Below are positions 56,169 through 64,000 of a stretch of 64,000 nucleotides of DNA, in pieces (position 1 is the first letter of the stretch; the number at the start of each line of letters is the position of its first letter). Made by a program: the position numbers and the translations under genes. A model generated the notes under the pieces. The model was not told where the DNA came from and ran no database searches. It saw only the letters and a list, made by a program, of their open reading frames with translations. This DNA is from Thermoanaerobaculia bacterium (GTDB taxonomy: Bacteria; Acidobacteriota; Thermoanaerobaculia; Gp7-AA8): assembly GCA_034664845.1 (NCBI GenBank), contig JAXDGW010000027.1, forward strand, positions 1,687-65,686. Reading direction: 5' to 3'.

Positions 56169-57437
56169 ATGAGTCTGTCGTACGTGTTCAGGGCCAGTTT
56201 CATTTCACTCTGTCTGATCGCGCTGCCAACCTACGGCGCAGACTGTCCAAAGGCATTGGACTATCCAGCCAACGGAGTTGAGGTGACGGATACGAACCCG
56301 CGGTTCAACCTCAAGAATCCTGCCAAGGGTGGAACCACTGCTGCTATCTGTCTTCTCACCGAAGAGGACCTTCGGAACGGCCATCAGTGTTCGAATCGCG
56401 ACGCAGTTACAGAGGCGCCATTGCTCACCGTTGGTCTGTGCAACGCCGGAACAGATGACTTTGGCGCCTTGCCGGCCAGTGCGATAACCGGCGCTGACGC
56501 GATTATCGTGTTGTTTCGTCCTTTGGGGCCGATTGTCACGACTCAATACCTACGGATCGAAGCAACGGACGCACAGGGAACGGCACTCGATCCAGTTCCA
56601 GTGTACAAGATCGTAGCCAGGGCTGGAGTCCAGGACTTCGCAGAGGATCCTCGATACAAGCTCTGGATCTACACTGGCTACACTTACTTACGCACGAAAG
56701 CAGATTTCAGGGATGGGTTCCCGGAGCTTCTCGCTCGTTATGAAACCCGACTGTACGACGAAGGTATCGGGATCAAGACTGCCGACCCGGCTCGCTACAG
56801 ACTCATGACCGAGCCGGCTTTGCACTGCTCGGACTGCGGCCGGTTCCCTCATTTTCGCATCCTTCGCCTCTACGGCGAGACGGGCCTCACAGGGACGGCT
56901 GTTGTAAATACCAACGGCCAGCAACCTGCGACGACACCGGTACGTCAAGCTTTTACTGGCAGCGTGGGCGCCGGTTGGGGTTGGACACTGCCAATTGCCA
57001 CTGACAAGCGCGGCGCGACAAACGCCTTCTCCATTCTGGCGATAGCGCGGCTCGGCATTCTGACGATTCCAGGCCTGGATGCGGATTCCACGGCGACTCC
57101 GCCCATCGTCGCCACATCCGGCAAAACTGCATACAACTGGATGCTCGGATATCGCATTGAAAACGAGTCAGGAGGCAATTTCGAAGGAAAGTACTTCGAA
57201 CTGGGATTGGGCGAGAGCGAGCAATTCTCGCGAAAGAAGGTCCCCCGCCTCCGCGCAGATCTATTCGTCCCGTTTCCTGGGGACAACAAACTGTTCCGGT
57301 TCGCTACGCGAATGCAATTTGATACTCCCACTCCCTTCAACAAGAAGGAGAACGCAGATCCGGGTGGAGAGATCCGAATCTCGCTTGTGTTTAACATCGA
57401 CGCCCGAGAGCTGACGAAGCGTCTGGGCGGGAAGTAG
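56169..57437 (+). CDS. hypothetical secreted protein, 422 aa
   Basis: Signal peptide (…LIALPTYGADC); no recognised domain. Confidence 0.45.
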   Translation: MSLSYVFRASFISLCLIALPTYGADCPKALDYPANGVEVTDTNPRFNLKNPAKGGTTAAICLLTEEDLRNGHQCSNRDAVTEAPLLTVGLCNAGTDDFGALPASAITGADAIIVLFRPLGPIVTTQYLRIEATDAQGTALDPVPVYKIVARAGVQDFAEDPRYKLWIYTGYTYLRTKADFRDGFPELLARYETRLYDEGIGIKTADPARYRLMTEPALHCSDCGRFPHFRILRLYGETGLTGTAVVNTNGQQPATTPVRQAFTGSVGAGWGWTLPIATDKRGATNAFSILAIARLGILTIPGLDADSTATPPIVATSGKTAYNWMLGYRIENESGGNFEGKYFELGLGESEQFSRKKVPRLRADLFVPFPGDNKLFRFATRMQFDTPTPFNKKENADPGGEIRISLVFNIDARELTKRLGGK

Positions 57438-57491
57438 GCGGTCCAGCAGGCGCCGACCCGGCAGGTCGGCGCCTGCTAAACTCGCGTTTGT

Positions 57492-59213
57492 TTGATCACG
57501 TACCTCAAAGTCCGCAACCTCGCCATCGTCGAGGAGTTCGCCGTCGAGCCGGGGCCGGGACTGAACGTTCTGACCGGCGAGACCGGCGCGGGCAAGTCGC
57601 TGCTCATCGACTCGATCGAGTTCCTGCGCGGCGCCCGCAGCTCGACGGAGATGATCCGCGCCGGGGCTGAGAAGATGACAGCCGAGGCGGTGTTTCATCT
57701 GCCGGAGGGGGCGGGCCAGGCGCTGGAGGCCATCGGGATCGACGTCGACCGCGCGGACGGCGGCGCCATCGAGTTGATCGTCAAACGCGAGATCGCCGGC
57801 AACGGCCGGGGACGCGTTCTCATCAACGGCTCGCCGCTCTCCGTTCGCGAGCTTGGCGAAGCGATGGATGCGATCGTAGAGATCCATGGCCAGCACGAAT
57901 CGCACAATCGTGTCGCTGGGCAAGGCTACCGGGAGTTGCTCGACGAATACGGTGATCATGCTGCGCCGCTCGCCGCCACCCGCGAGGCTCACAGCGAGTG
58001 GCGAAGTGCCGCCGAACAGTTGCGCGAGCTTGCCGATGCGCAGCGCGACAGGACCCTGCGGCTCGACCTCCTTCGCTATCAGATCGACGAGATCGGCAGC
58101 GCCAAACTCGCTCCGGCCGAAGAGGACGGACTGCGCGCCGAGCGGAGCATGCTCGCGAACGCGCGGCAGCTCGCCGAGGCGACGAGCGGCGCGTTCGCGC
58201 TGGTCGACGACGAGGAGAACTCCGCCCTCGCCCAGCTTGCGCGGGCCCTCCATCTCGTCCAGCCGCTGGCGAACGAGATCGCGGAGATCGGCGTCATCGC
58301 TTCCGAGATCGAAGACGCCATCTATCGCCTGCAGGAAACCTCGCGCGGCCTTTCGCGTCTCTCCGATTCGGTTCGCCACGATCCCGAGCGCCTCGAAGAG
58401 ATCGAAGACCGCATCGTCGTCATCGAGCGCCTCAAGAAAAAGTACGGCGGCTCCGCCGATGCCGTCCTCGCCTACCTCGGCAACATCCAGCAGGAGTTCG
58501 ACCGGCTCACTGACTACGAAGCCAACATCGACAAGCTCCAGCGGATCGAAGAGCAGCGCTTCGGCGCCTGGCGCAAAACGGCCGAGTCGCTGTCGGTAGC
58601 GCGCAGGAAAACCGCGAAGAAGTTCGAAGCGGCCATCCAGTCGGAGCTGAATGACCTGGCCATGGAGAGGACGACGGTGAAAGTCGTGGTCGATCCGGCG
58701 GACGCCGCACGCGAGCACGCCGCGCCGCACGGCATCGACCGCATCGAGATCCTCATCGCGCCGAATCGCGGCGAGGAGCCGAAGGCGATGCAGCGGATCG
58801 CGTCGGGCGGCGAGCTGTCGCGCATCCAGCTCGCCATCGCCGCGGCCCTGTTCAAGGCTTCCAGTCATGCCGCCGCGGCCACGCTGGTCTTCGACGAGAT
58901 CGACGCCGGCATCGGCGGTCGCGTGGCGGAAGTCGTCGGCCGGAAACTGCAGGAGCTCGCCGCAGGAAACCAGGTCATCTGCGTGACGCACCTCCCGCAG
59001 ATCGCCAGTTTCGGAGCGACACATTTTTACGTCTGGAAAGAGGATGCGGCGGGCCACACACGCGCACGCATCCGCCGGCTCGACTCGGATGAGGAGCGCG
59101 TGAACGAGATCGCCCGCATGCTCGGCGGCGAGTCCATCCCCGCGTCGGCGCTCCTGCACGCGCGCGAGCTGCTCGACGGCGCGCGCAGCCGTGTGGCCAG
59201 GGCGCGGCGATGA
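57492..59213 (+). CDS. recN: DNA repair protein RecN (TTG start), 573 aa
   Basis: Walker A GETGAGKS and coiled-coil body. C-terminal signature LSGGELSRIQLA…DEID. Confidence 0.9.
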   Translation: MITYLKVRNLAIVEEFAVEPGPGLNVLTGETGAGKSLLIDSIEFLRGARSSTEMIRAGAEKMTAEAVFHLPEGAGQALEAIGIDVDRADGGAIELIVKREIAGNGRGRVLINGSPLSVRELGEAMDAIVEIHGQHESHNRVAGQGYRELLDEYGDHAAPLAATREAHSEWRSAAEQLRELADAQRDRTLRLDLLRYQIDEIGSAKLAPAEEDGLRAERSMLANARQLAEATSGAFALVDDEENSALAQLARALHLVQPLANEIAEIGVIASEIEDAIYRLQETSRGLSRLSDSVRHDPERLEEIEDRIVVIERLKKKYGGSADAVLAYLGNIQQEFDRLTDYEANIDKLQRIEEQRFGAWRKTAESLSVARRKTAKKFEAAIQSELNDLAMERTTVKVVVDPADAAREHAAPHGIDRIEILIAPNRGEEPKAMQRIASGGELSRIQLAIAAALFKASSHAAAATLVFDEIDAGIGGRVAEVVGRKLQELAAGNQVICVTHLPQIASFGATHFYVWKEDAAGHTRARIRRLDSDEERVNEIARMLGGESIPASALLHARELLDGARSRVARARR

Positions 59214-59809
59214 AGGAGTGGCGCGTTGACGGGGCTCCGTCCGACGAAATCCTCGATGAGCTGGCAGCGGTGCTGAACGCCGGCGGCGTAGCGCTCCTCC
59301 CGACCGACACGATCTACGGTCTTCATGCCTCGGCGACGAACGAGCAGGCGGTGACCCGGATCGCGGAGATGAAGGAACGGCCTGCCGAGAAGTCGTTCGT
59401 CGTCATCGCGGCATCGATCGATCAACTGGAGGCGTTGGGCGCCTCGGTGCCCGAGATCCTGCGCACGATCTGGCCAGCTCCGCTGACTGCGATCCTGGTC
59501 TCCGGGCAGTCGACGATCGCCGCACGTGTGCCCGATCTGGCCTGGTTGCGGGCGCTTCTGGCGCGCACCGGACCGCTCGTCTCCACTAGCGCAAATCGCA
59601 GCGGCGAACCGCCGGTTACGTCGCCCGAAATGCTGGAGCGCACGATGCAGTACGGACTCGACGCGATCCTCAATCAGGGCTCCTGCGAAGGGAAACCCTC
59701 AACGATCGTGGACTTTACGAACTCTACCGGGGCTGCGCCGCGCCTCGTTCGGGAGGGCGACGCAGGCTTTACACAGTTTCTGCGGAAAAGCCTGTGGAAA
59801 GACCTGTGA
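59210..59809 (+). CDS. tsaC: L-threonylcarbamoyladenylate synthase, TsaC/YrdC family, 199 aa
   Basis: YrdC fold motifs (LLPTDTIYGL…, …TSANRSGEP…). Confidence 0.85.
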   Translation: MKEWRVDGAPSDEILDELAAVLNAGGVALLPTDTIYGLHASATNEQAVTRIAEMKERPAEKSFVVIAASIDQLEALGASVPEILRTIWPAPLTAILVSGQSTIAARVPDLAWLRALLARTGPLVSTSANRSGEPPVTSPEMLERTMQYGLDAILNQGSCEGKPSTIVDFTNSTGAAPRLVREGDAGFTQFLRKSLWKDL

Positions 59810-60090
59810 AGAACGTCAATCGCCGGGCAAACTACGCGCTTTCGAGCGCTTTGCACAAGCCCGTGGGCGAAATCACGCAAGTTACTGTCTTGATTGATTT
59901 TAACCAAAATCAGACACATCGGTAGCAGCACTATTTGTGCAGCTGCCCAACTCGGATTGCACTTTCCACATCCTCACGGTGACAAAAACGACCTTGTTGG
60001 CGTGCTTCGTGCCCCCCTTAACCTTTTTGTTACAAGGTTTTGACGCTGGGAAGGAGAAGCTAGCCGGATGTAGTATGCTGTAACCCCATA

Positions 60091-60312
60091 ATGAACTCCC
60101 CCAAGAACCACCACGCCCCAACAGCGGGCAAGCCTACCCTCCTCGCCATCATCGCGATCCTGTTTCTGGCTGCCTTTGGCTCGGCCGCAGTCGTCGGAGA
60201 GCGGCCGGTGTCGTCGCCTGTCTACGCACCGGTTACCGGTCTTAGCTCCAGCCCGATCGCGATCGCGTCGAACGGAGACCGAGGACGTGCAGCGGGAGCG
60301 GGAGCGTCATGA
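60091..60312 (+). pseudogene. truncated N-terminal fragment (73 aa) of the downstream secreted repeat-protein family
   Basis: …ERPVSSPVYAPVTGLSSSPIAIASNGD aligns to the first repeat of the next two paralogs (ERPVSTPVYASRTAFSAAAIASNGD). ATGA junction with the next gene. Confidence 0.4.
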
Positions 60313-62462
60313 AACGCAGCCTCGTCGTCCTGACCTTCCTCATGAGCGTTGCGGCTGCCGCCAGCGCGCAGATCACGTCGGAGCGGCCGGTGTCAACGCC
60401 CGTTTACGCGTCACGAACCGCATTCTCCGCAGCGGCAATCGCATCGAACGGCGATCAGTTCCTGGCCGCTTGGATCGACGAGGGCTATCCCTATGCCGTC
60501 CACGTGTCGCGGATCGACCGCGACGGTTCCGTGCTCGATCCGCTCGGCATCGTCATCGCTCCGCAATCCAACCACCCGGGTCCCGTGGGCGTGGCCTGGG
60601 ATGGCGAGGCATATGTCGTCGCATGGCCGGGGCCGAACGGCAACATGGCCGCGCGCATCGGATCCGATGGACGGATCGTCGAGCCGCCGAGCCGCCTCGC
60701 GTTAAGCGGAAACCTCCACGGCCAGAATGCGATCGCCGCGAACGGAAACGTAACCGTGATTGCGGCCGGCTTGAGCTACTTCGTTCTCGATCACGAGTTG
60801 CGCTCCGTCATCTCCGGCTCGCTGTCCAACGCATCCGTGTTCAAGACCGGCGCAGACGAATTCACGCTCATGGCACCGACTCGGATTCAGCGTCTCGATG
60901 CCGCAGGCCATTCTGTATCGATTGCTGTGCGGGACGGATTGGACGGAGACGCGATCAGTTGTCATGGCCAGAATTGCATCCGCGTCTCCTCAAATGCGGG
61001 CACGACGCATCTCACCGTGGCGCTGTACGACCCGATCTCACTCAAGAGCGGCACACCACTCGACCTGGCGATGACGCAGCGGCCGTTCGCGCTCGTCGCC
61101 ATCGACAGCGGCTATCTCCTCGCGACGAACGACGGCTCGATCCAGCGGTTCGACATCAGCGGCCATCCGAGCGGAGAGCCCACCTCACCATGCTGCCCGC
61201 CGGGCAGCGCCGTGGCTTCGGCATCCAATGGCCGGGAAGTCGTGGTTCTCCGTCAATCGTATGCGGCGCTCACCTACTCGATGGTCACATCGTCTTCGGA
61301 TGGCGCGCCGCAAACCCTGGCTCTCACCGCAAACGCGCAGCGATCCCCGGCGATCGCCCGCAGCGGATCGAATTACCTGGTTGCGTGGACCGAAGACGAC
61401 GGCGTTTACGCCGGCCTCTTGTCGATCGATGGAACGATCCTCGACGGCCGGGGAAGGCAACTTTGGCGCGGCGCGCCGGCCTCCCCCTTCGACAACCCGG
61501 CACCCTTGGCGTCCGTGGTTTTTGACGGCGCCTCATACCTCGTGGCCGTGTCGACGAACCCGTTCGATCCTCCTTACCCTTCTTTCGGGAAACGGCACAA
61601 CAGTACGATCACGATCGTACGCATCGATCCGGCCACCGGCGCGAACCTGGACTCGTGGACGATCTGCGGCAGCGACATGCACCTCGCCCGAAGCGGAACC
61701 TCCACCGTAGCGGTATGGGTCGATTGCGACGGCAGACTCGAGGCCGCCTTCCTGGCAGCAACCGGAGCTGTGTCGATCCCCATCACGCTGTCCGCCTTTC
61801 ACCCTCCCGGCTCCTCCTGGTTCCCCGCCAATCCGAATCTGGCCTGGAATGGAACGGAGTGGCTGCTCACCTGGGAAGAGCAAGCCTTTCTCTGTACTTA
61901 TTGTCCTGGCGAGGTGCAGCAGTTGACGGGCGCCATTTCGGCAATGCGTCTATCCGCCGCGCTGACGCCAATCGACACCAAGCCGATTGCCATCCAAACC
62001 GGCGACTACTACTACGCACCAACGTTGGTCTCATCGTCGCGTCTCGCCTCCGACGGCAATGACTTCCTCGTCGTATGGTCCGATCGGTTTACGGCCCTCG
62101 TCAGCTCGCAACGGATATCGGCCGCGGGAACACTGCTCGACGGGCGTCCCGTCGCCACCGGGAGGACAGACAGCCTCGTTTGGGACGGAGCCGCGTATTC
62201 AATGGCGCTGACCGTCCGCCCCTACGAGAGCGATCTCGCGCTTCTGCGGCTGACCGCCGCCGATCACGCTCTCGATTCGCTTGTCATCAGTACCACTTCC
62301 GATGAGGAGCACCGCGCCGCGCTCGTTCCGCTCGGTGGTGGAAAAGTCCTGGCAGCCTACTCACGCGTCGCACACGAGCCGCTCTATGCCGGCCTCGAGC
62401 GCGTATTCATCGCCGCGCCGCACCCTGCTCGCGTACGATCATCACGAACGGAGACTCCATGA
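60309..62462 (+). CDS. secreted repeat protein (about 50-aa [AS]xNGxxFLVAWxD…VYAxRIxxDGTxLD repeats, beta-propeller-like), 717 aa
   Basis: Signal peptide; at least 8 copies of the repeat are visible in translation. Confidence 0.6.
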   Translation: MKRSLVVLTFLMSVAAAASAQITSERPVSTPVYASRTAFSAAAIASNGDQFLAAWIDEGYPYAVHVSRIDRDGSVLDPLGIVIAPQSNHPGPVGVAWDGEAYVVAWPGPNGNMAARIGSDGRIVEPPSRLALSGNLHGQNAIAANGNVTVIAAGLSYFVLDHELRSVISGSLSNASVFKTGADEFTLMAPTRIQRLDAAGHSVSIAVRDGLDGDAISCHGQNCIRVSSNAGTTHLTVALYDPISLKSGTPLDLAMTQRPFALVAIDSGYLLATNDGSIQRFDISGHPSGEPTSPCCPPGSAVASASNGREVVVLRQSYAALTYSMVTSSSDGAPQTLALTANAQRSPAIARSGSNYLVAWTEDDGVYAGLLSIDGTILDGRGRQLWRGAPASPFDNPAPLASVVFDGASYLVAVSTNPFDPPYPSFGKRHNSTITIVRIDPATGANLDSWTICGSDMHLARSGTSTVAVWVDCDGRLEAAFLAATGAVSIPITLSAFHPPGSSWFPANPNLAWNGTEWLLTWEEQAFLCTYCPGEVQQLTGAISAMRLSAALTPIDTKPIAIQTGDYYYAPTLVSSSRLASDGNDFLVVWSDRFTALVSSQRISAAGTLLDGRPVATGRTDSLVWDGAAYSMALTVRPYESDLALLRLTAADHALDSLVISTTSDEEHRAALVPLGGGKVLAAYSRVAHEPLYAGLERVFIAAPHPARVRSSRTETP

Positions 62463-64000
62463 AACGTACGAACCTCGCCGCTGTCTCGTTGCTTGCCTCC
62501 TTTTTTGCGACTGCGGCCCTCGCTGAGATCACCGCGGAACGGCCGATCTCGGCGCCCGTCAAGACGGCGGTAACCTCTGTCACGACCGCTGCCGTCGCCT
62601 CGGATGGCGACCACTTCCTGGCGGCCTGGATCGACCGGCGCGACGATCATCCGACCGTCTACGCCTCACGCATCGACCGCGACGGCACCGTGCTCGATCC
62701 GCTCGGCATCCTCATCGCCCCTGTCTCTTCCATAGGCGTCGTTGGCGTTGCCTGGAACCTCGACTCCTGGGTCGTGGTCTGGCCCGCGCCAAACGGCTTC
62801 TTCGCCGCGCGGATTTCCCCGGACGGACAGATCAGCGTGCCGGCACTCCTCATCGAAGGCTCTTCGCTCGCGAACCACGACCCGATCGCCGCGAACGGAA
62901 ACGCAATCGTCGTCGGGACGAGTAGCGGCTACACGGTTCTCGATCACGAGCTGCGACGGATCGACTCCGCCCTTTTCGGCAACAACCCCTCGGTCTATCT
63001 CACCGGCGCGAACGAATTCACGCTGCTGGCGAGCAGTGCCTCCAATCCCGCCAGTGTTCGTCTCGATTCCACCGGCCACTTCATCTCGTCGCGAACGCTG
63101 CCCGGGCCGGCCGGAACACCAGGAGGATCGATCAGCTGCCACGGTCAGAGTTGCATCCGGCTCTTCGCAAATCCGGCCAGTCAGTTCCTCAACGTGGCGC
63201 CATACGATCCCATCACGCAGACGAGCGGCACCCCGCGCGACCTTCCCATCGCCAGGAGCGACTTCGCCGAGGTCGTGGCGATCGATGCGGGATACCTGCT
63301 GGTGACTAGCGACAACAAAGTGCAGCGTCTCGATCTGCAAGGCATCCCCAGCGGACCGATGGTTACGCAGTGCTGCGGGCAGATCATCGCGCCCGGTGCC
63401 GCCTCCAACGGCCGTGATGCCGTGGTTCTCCGGCTCGCCGGCACCCTGACCCTGACCATGATGACGGCATCATCGGAGGGCCTTGAGCACACGCTGGCCT
63501 CCAGCGCGAACGCGCAACGCAACCCCGCCATCGCCACCAACAAGAACAACTTCCTGGCCGTGTGGCTGGAAGATGGCGGCGTCTACGCCAGCCGTTTTTC
63601 TCTCGATGGAACGCCGCTGGACATACGCAACAACTCGCTCCGCAAACTGAGAACGCCATCCGAGCCGCTCCCCTCGGTGTCGATAGCAGTCGATGGAACG
63701 TCGTACCTCTTCGCGCTTTCGACGAGCTACGACCACAGCTTCCTCACGCAGAGCAGTCGTGCGATCACGACCATGCGCATCGATTCGAACACCGGCGGCA
63801 CTCTCGCTTCGACCACGATCTGCGGCAACGACATGCGCATCGCCAACAACGGAAGCGCCACCCTCGCCGTCTGGGTTGACTGCGACGGCAGCCTTGCCAC
63901 CACCTTCCTCGATGTCAACGGTGCGCCGGCCTCGACACCCATCATCCTGGCGACCTCGGATCTTTCCCGAGTGGCCGGCCCGTTTGTCGCCAAACCGTCC
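62459..64000 (+). CDS. paralogous secreted repeat protein, 3' partial at window edge
   Basis: Same signal peptide and repeat architecture. ATGA junction with the previous gene. No stop before the window end. Confidence 0.6.
   Translation, partial: MKRTNLAAVSLLASFFATAALAEITAERPISAPVKTAVTSVTTAAVASDGDHFLAAWIDRRDDHPTVYASRIDRDGTVLDPLGILIAPVSSIGVVGVAWNLDSWVVVWPAPNGFFAARISPDGQISVPALLIEGSSLANHDPIAANGNAIVVGTSSGYTVLDHELRRIDSALFGNNPSVYLTGANEFTLLASSASNPASVRLDSTGHFISSRTLPGPAGTPGGSISCHGQSCIRLFANPASQFLNVAPYDPITQTSGTPRDLPIARSDFAEVVAIDAGYLLVTSDNKVQRLDLQGIPSGPMVTQCCGQIIAPGAASNGRDAVVLRLAGTLTLTMMTASSEGLEHTLASSANAQRNPAIATNKNNFLAVWLEDGGVYASRFSLDGTPLDIRNNSLRKLRTPSEPLPSVSIAVDGTSYLFALSTSYDHSFLTQSSRAITTMRIDSNTGGTLASTTICGNDMRIANNGSATLAVWVDCDGSLATTFLDVNGAPASTPIILATSDLSRVAGPFVAKPS

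Noticed and set aside
59820-60090. Sigma-70 promoter call (TTGACG … TAGTAT) in the AT-rich region upstream of the repeat-protein array
   Set aside because: Spacing between the best -35 and -10 candidates is about 25 nt, too long for a confident call. Noted as a probable regulatory region only.

Overview
High-GC (about 65-70%) bacterial chromosomal window. Gene content points to Acidobacteria or a similar soil bacterium: type IV pilus genes, two families of intergenic repeats, many secreted beta-propeller and peptidase proteins. No rRNA, CRISPR array, transposase or integrase was found.

Main blocks:
- **1-6.1 kb:** a glutamine-synthetase-like gene and an aldehyde dehydrogenase (puuA/puuC-like pair), an EamA transporter, a SemiSWEET-like small membrane protein, two orphan single-domain response regulators and a DJ-1/PfpI protein.
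- **6.5-9.3 kb:** a compact minus-strand operon that looks like a bufferin/methanobactin-type RiPP system. It encodes a signal-peptide precursor with 10 Cys in repeated GKNxCKG / GxCAG motifs, then a DUF692 (MbnB/BufB-like) enzyme, a DUF2063 partner and a DoxX protein. A 98-nt tRNA with anticodon UCA and a long variable arm (tRNA-Sec, selC) follows immediately. A stem-loop sits between the precursor gene and the enzyme gene.
- **10.5-20.5 kb:** a potassium-homeostasis neighbourhood. It holds a sensor-domain-less KdpD-like histidine kinase with a KdpE-like regulator, an outer-membrane porin-like protein, a KimA-like APC K+ transporter, a hicAB toxin-antitoxin pair, an orphan BrnA/CopG-like antitoxin fragment and a Kup K+ transporter.
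- **21.9-32.3 kb:** a roughly 10.4 kb segment bounded by imperfect direct repeats of about 66 bp. The left repeat is the true 5' end of a small membrane-protein gene; the right repeat is a truncated copy of it. Inside are an FG-GAP secreted protein, an S8 subtilase and a beta-propeller partner. The subtilase C-terminus plus the partner gene were tandemly duplicated; the older copy is frameshifted. The segment also carries an ECF sigma / anti-sigma pair and an AraC HTH fragment.
- **32.4-53.3 kb:** a complete type IVa pilus locus. It contains pilD, a sensor kinase, four minor pilins (two of them giant, 1028 and 848 aa), an antisense REC-GGDEF gene, pilC, pilB and pilM/pilN/pilO/pilP. Three pilin/pseudopilin genes follow pilQ. 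The PilP-like protein carries a thrombospondin type-3 Ca-binding repeat. pilQ encodes the secretin.
- **53.3-64 kb:** an M16 peptidase, an L,D-transpeptidase, recN, tsaC, and a tandem array of secreted repeat-protein paralogs whose first copy is truncated.

Two intergenic repeat families recur through the window:
- Long imperfect hairpins built from short tandem 7-16 bp units (agagatcagagacaag, ctcttag, gattagtgga).
- Palindromic MITE-like elements of about 165-180 bp with GCTGTCATTCCGAGCG termini.
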